From the NCBI GenBank assembly GCA_947167045.1, contig CAMVGO010000003.1, positions 30,065 through 94,064 on the forward strand: a stretch of 64,000 bases of DNA. Reading direction: 5' to 3'. The notes under the pieces were generated by a model, which saw only the letters and a program-made list of their open reading frames with translations, had not been told where the DNA came from and ran no database searches. Position numbers and translations under genes: made by a program. Within the stretch, counting starts at the first letter, position 1. Each line of letters opens with the position of its first letter. This DNA is from an uncultured Clostridia bacterium. GTDB taxonomy: Bacteria; Bacillota; Clostridia; Saccharofermentanales; Saccharofermentanaceae. Below are positions 60,539-64,000 of the stretch, piece by piece.

Positions 60539-61033
60539 TTGAAGGTAATGCTCTTCCCGGGGACGTTCGATCCCTTTACTAGAGGACACAGAGACATTGC
60601 GAGAAGGGCATCAAAGCTCTGTGACAAGCTCGTAATCGCTGTCATGGAAAATGCTGCGAAGACACCGTTGTTTTCTCCCGAAGAGAGAGTCGAACTCATA
60701 AAACTCTCATTGAAGAACGATGATCTGGAAAATGTCGAGGTAATGGCATGGGGCGGACTTCTCGTAGACCTGTATCAGCAGCTCGGCTGCTGCGCTTCCG
60801 TAAGGGGCATCAGGTCCGAGTCTGATTTCAGATATGAGTCAGAGCACGCGCTTGCCAACCGTCTTCTTTTCGCAGGTTACGATGCGGTGCTCCTGCCATG
60901 CAGGGACGATCTGTCGCTCATCAGTTCATCGATGGTCAAGGAAGTCGGTTCATACGGCGGAGACATCTCAAAAATGGTGCCGGCCGAGATAATAGATAAA
61001 GTTAAGGAAAAACTTTTGAAAGGAAGGACATAA
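60539..61033 (+). CDS. coaD: Phosphopantetheine adenylyltransferase
   Basis: PGTFDPFTRGH, RGIRS..DF.YE, ISSSMVKE. Confidence 0.95.
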   Translation: MKVMLFPGTFDPFTRGHRDIARRASKLCDKLVIAVMENAAKTPLFSPEERVELIKLSLKNDDLENVEVMAWGGLLVDLYQQLGCCASVRGIRSESDFRYESEHALANRLLFAGYDAVLLPCRDDLSLISSSMVKEVGSYGGDISKMVPAEIIDKVKEKLLKGRT

Positions 61034-61035
61034 TA

Positions 61036-61530
61036 ATGGATAACAGCAATTTCAATCAGGGTGGACAGCGTTACGACGCTATTAAGCATATCGACTATCT
61101 GATCGATATGGTCAAGGACGCGTCAAGTGTTCCTTTCTCAGACAAGTGCTCTATCGAAAGAACAGAGACCATTAATTCTCTTCAGATCCTTAAGAACAAT
61201 CTTCCTGCAGCAGTCGCACAGTCAAACGATATCGTTGCAAGAGCCCAGGATATCATCAGTACGGCAAGAGAGAAGAATAAGAAGATCATCGATGACGCAA
61301 ACCGCATGTATGCCATGAAGGTCAACGATCACGAGATCACGAGAGGCGCTAGGGAAGAAGCTGCCCAGATCATCGCAAACGCTGAAGCTCAGGCAGAGGA
61401 ACTCAGAAGGAATGCCCACATCTACGTTAAGTCTCTCCTTGAGAATGTCAACGAGACGCTCGCTGACAACATGGCCAAGATCCAGACAAACCTCACAGAG
61501 ATCAACAGCACGCTCGAAGAGGGCGAGTAA
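61036..61530 (+). CDS. Conserved coiled-coil protein of the type found after coaD in Clostridia
   Basis: A.SVPFS.KC, LP.AV.Q..DIV, HEI...A.EEA..II..A. Confidence 0.7.
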   Translation: MDNSNFNQGGQRYDAIKHIDYLIDMVKDASSVPFSDKCSIERTETINSLQILKNNLPAAVAQSNDIVARAQDIISTAREKNKKIIDDANRMYAMKVNDHEITRGAREEAAQIIANAEAQAEELRRNAHIYVKSLLENVNETLADNMAKIQTNLTEINSTLEEGE

Positions 61531-61563
61531 TCTCCTGACCGATACTTTTGAAAGTCTGATACG

Positions 61564-61610
61564 GCTGTCTCAAAACGCGGATGAATTCGCTTTTGAGGCA
61601 GCTTTTTTTT
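61564..61610 (+). terminator. Intrinsic terminator
   Basis: GCTGTCTCAAAA...TTTTGAGGCAGC followed by eight T. Confidence 0.8.
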
Positions 61611-61665
61611 ACAAACTGACCCGGATAGTGATAGTATTGATTAAAAGAAACGGGAGGTGACCTCC

Positions 61666-62862
61666 ATGATCCTGGGAATCGAGATAGAGAACTTTGACGT
61701 TTTCGACAGGGACAGAGCGGGTATCCTTATAGATGATTTTTTGAACGATGATGCGTCCGTCAAAAAGCCTGACAGTCTTCGCGGATTGAATGCGCTTATC
61801 GGCCGCAACAATACCGGCAAGACATCTTTCATGGGATGTATGGCATTCCTCAAGGACTGCATTACGCAAGGGTGTGCGGTCGCTTCCATAAGTTACGGCA
61901 GACCGGGCTTTGCGAACATGACGCCTGATATTTCCAGGCCTTCTGTGTTCCGCGTTTTCTTCAAACTTGAGGACAAAAAGAACGGCGGTCCGAAGTATCT
62001 GCAGTATGAACTGGGGATCGTTACGAGCAAGTATATGAGCCCTATAATCGATGAGGAAAAGGTCATCCTCGCAGCAGAAGTTGACGGCGGCAGGAAGGCT
62101 CTCACGATACTCGACATGAAGGGCGGGAACGGCTCGATAATAAATCTCGAGGACGGACCGGACAAATCTGAGATCGGAGTGGAGGACGAGCACCTGACGG
62201 CTTTAAGCCTGTACGGAAAGATAACCGGATTCAGGGATTTTGTATTGCTCTATAAAGAGATCTCGGCGTGGTTCTTCTGTGCGTTCTCATCCGAAGAGCA
62301 GAGCTCTTATTTCTACGAGGGCGGTGCTCCGGGCGGACATAAGCATCTTAACAGTACCGGCTCGAATGTCGGAAACGTGCTCGAATACCTGAAGATGAGC
62401 GATGAGTCTGAATACGAACGCATAGTGACAGAGATAAAGGATAAGATCCCGGCGATGAAGAAAAAGAAGAATCTTCCGCTGGCTTTTAAGGAGAGTCCGG
62501 ACAAGCTCTTCTTATATCTGCTCCTGCTGCGTGACAGGAATCCCCGTTCGACGATATTCATAGAGACTCCTGATAAGGATCTCTACCACGACATGGTCGA
62601 TGTCTTAAGTGATGAGATGCGCGATTACACGATGAGAAACCACTATTGCCAGATAGTCTTTTCGACGCACAATCCGTACATCATTGAGACTCTTTCTCCG
62701 AAGGAGATATGGATCTTCGAGAGGTCTTTCGAAAAGGATGACGGTGATGTAAAGATACGCTGCGCGGGAGAAGATCCGCTTGTCATGGAGATGTTCCATC
62801 AGGGCGTCGGAATGGGCGCGATCTGGTACGGCGGACATCTTGATACGAGACCTGAAGACTGA
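61666..62862 (+). CDS. ABC/AAA_21-type ATPase (COG4637-like) with degenerate signature and Walker B
   Basis: IEIENF, LNALIGRNNTGKT, LN..GSNV.NVL, IFIETPD, STHNP, G..W..G.L; SD GGAGGTG favours ATG 61666. Confidence 0.8.
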   Translation: MILGIEIENFDVFDRDRAGILIDDFLNDDASVKKPDSLRGLNALIGRNNTGKTSFMGCMAFLKDCITQGCAVASISYGRPGFANMTPDISRPSVFRVFFKLEDKKNGGPKYLQYELGIVTSKYMSPIIDEEKVILAAEVDGGRKALTILDMKGGNGSIINLEDGPDKSEIGVEDEHLTALSLYGKITGFRDFVLLYKEISAWFFCAFSSEEQSSYFYEGGAPGGHKHLNSTGSNVGNVLEYLKMSDESEYERIVTEIKDKIPAMKKKKNLPLAFKESPDKLFLYLLLLRDRNPRSTIFIETPDKDLYHDMVDVLSDEMRDYTMRNHYCQIVFSTHNPYIIETLSPKEIWIFERSFEKDDGDVKIRCAGEDPLVMEMFHQGVGMGAIWYGGHLDTRPED

Positions 62863-62881
62863 ACATTAAGGGAAGATATTG

Positions 62882-63562
62882 ATGCTGATCGAGATACTTT
62901 CAGAAGACAAATCAGGAGCTGTTGTAGTACAGCGCCTGGCAGAGAGGATAGCGGAAAATGAAGGTGTGGATGTTGAAGTAAACGTCCATCCGCACAGGGG
63001 ATGCGGGAGCCTGCCGAAAGACATGACGGCTGCTCCGCCGAAGTTCGCAAGTTCGCTGCTTGATCTCCTTCCCGCAAAACTCCGCGCTTACAACAAAGTT
63101 TACGGCGGCAAGGATGTTATCCTGATAATCGCCATGGATTCAGACGACCATGATCCGCAGACCATAAGGCAGGAGATATATTCCTGCGCCTCGAAGTTCG
63201 CACCCGACATCAGGAGCGTAGTCGGCCTCAGCACGGAGGAGATAGAAGCCTGGATGCTCGGCGACAAGTCCGCGGTCTACGATGCATATCCTGACAGCAG
63301 AAAGGACATTCTCGATTCTTATGTGCAGGATTCCGTTTGCGGAACCTGGGAAGTCCTCTGCAGGGTAATTAGCGAGAACGCTGAAGAACTCATCGAGATC
63401 GGTTATCCCGCTATAGGCCATTACAAGGCTCTGTGGGCCGAGAACATATCGAAATACATGCTCCCGCAAAAGAATATCTCTCCGAGCTTTAACACGTTCA
63501 GGATGGCGCTGATCACTGCTCTGAAAAACCCTGTGCCGATCTACCGCAGGCGTGATTTCTGA
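62882..63562 (+). CDS. DUF4276-like TOPRIM-fold protein (putative nuclease)
   Basis: EILSEDKS, LLDLLP..LRAY, DSDD, EEIEAWMLGD, DSVCGTWE, N.SPSF..F. Confidence 0.72.
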   Translation: MLIEILSEDKSGAVVVQRLAERIAENEGVDVEVNVHPHRGCGSLPKDMTAAPPKFASSLLDLLPAKLRAYNKVYGGKDVILIIAMDSDDHDPQTIRQEIYSCASKFAPDIRSVVGLSTEEIEAWMLGDKSAVYDAYPDSRKDILDSYVQDSVCGTWEVLCRVISENAEELIEIGYPAIGHYKALWAENISKYMLPQKNISPSFNTFRMALITALKNPVPIYRRRDF

Positions 63563-64000
63563 TGGCAAGACATATCTACGTTCATAATCCGTTTTGCGCG
63601 CGGAAATGCCCGTACTGTGATTTTTATTCGATAACGGATGCATCTCTTTGCGAAGAGTTTTACAGGGCAGCCGAAAAGGAAGTAAGGCTTATCAGGTCTG
63701 CTTCAGGTACGGATGCCGGAACCAATCCGGGTACTGACAGGTACGGTAGGGATACTGTCTATTTCGGAGGAGGTACGCCTTCTCTTCCGGACAGCAGATA
63801 TGTTGCTTCGCTCCTGAGGACGATAAGAGAGGTCTTTGACCTTTCTCCTGACAGCGAGATGACGATAGAAGCAAACCCGTCATCGCTTACTCCGGATAAG
63901 CTTTCCGATTACCGCGAAGCGGGCTTTAACCGCATATCCTTGGGCGTGCAGTCGCTCGATGATGAGGTCCTCAAGACTTTAGGACGGCTTCATGATTCGC
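63562..64000 (+). CDS. hemW: Radical-SAM heme chaperone HemW (HemN-like), truncated by the window end and absent from the ORF track
   Basis: Translated by hand: MARHIYVHNPFCARKCPYCDFYS..TVYFGGGTPS..EMTIEANPSS..GFNRISLGVQS. Confidence 0.9.
   Translation, partial: MARHIYVHNPFCARKCPYCDFYSITDASLCEEFYRAAEKEVRLIRSASGTDAGTNPGTDRYGRDTVYFGGGTPSLPDSRYVASLLRTIREVFDLSPDSEMTIEANPSSLTPDKLSDYREAGFNRISLGVQSLDDEVLKTLGRLHDS

Noticed and set aside
1-64000. Prophage, IS element, integron, tRNA or rRNA genes
   Set aside because: No integrase, transposase, phage structural motifs or tRNA/rRNA signatures recognised; most intergenic gaps are short.

Overview
Mostly core chromosome of a roughly 50% GC Clostridia-type anaerobe. 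The gene set and order suggest a gut or rumen Oscillospirales/Saccharofermentans-like organism, but this is an inference. In order the window holds: xpt plus a BMP-family nucleoside ABC transporter, fprA, a membrane-anchored clostripain (C11) protease, ilvBN and hpf; an accessory stretch (YunG-like, polysaccharide deacetylase, DUF2974, a REP-like palindrome cluster, DUF4004, ArsR, DUF6273 lipoprotein, orphan sugar permease, acyltransferase, MATE pseudogene, AraC, DUF362, mscL); the rimP-nusA-infB-rbfA-truB-ribF operon; lgt-rodA followed by a GH32-fructokinase fusion; an unusual dcw cluster (no mraY, murD or ftsA, and a motif-degenerate murF); nrdR, an OmpR-type two-component pair, nth-recG-rsmD-coaD; and an ABC/AAA ATPase plus DUF4276-like TOPRIM pair translationally coupled to hemW. 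I saw no rRNA, tRNA, CRISPR array, transposase or integrase. The best leads are the ATPase/TOPRIM pair (ATPase lacks the ABC signature and its Shine-Dalgarno is self-sequestered), the degenerate MurF, and a recurring TGTAACAT promoter motif. All family assignments come from motifs recognised by eye; no database search was run.
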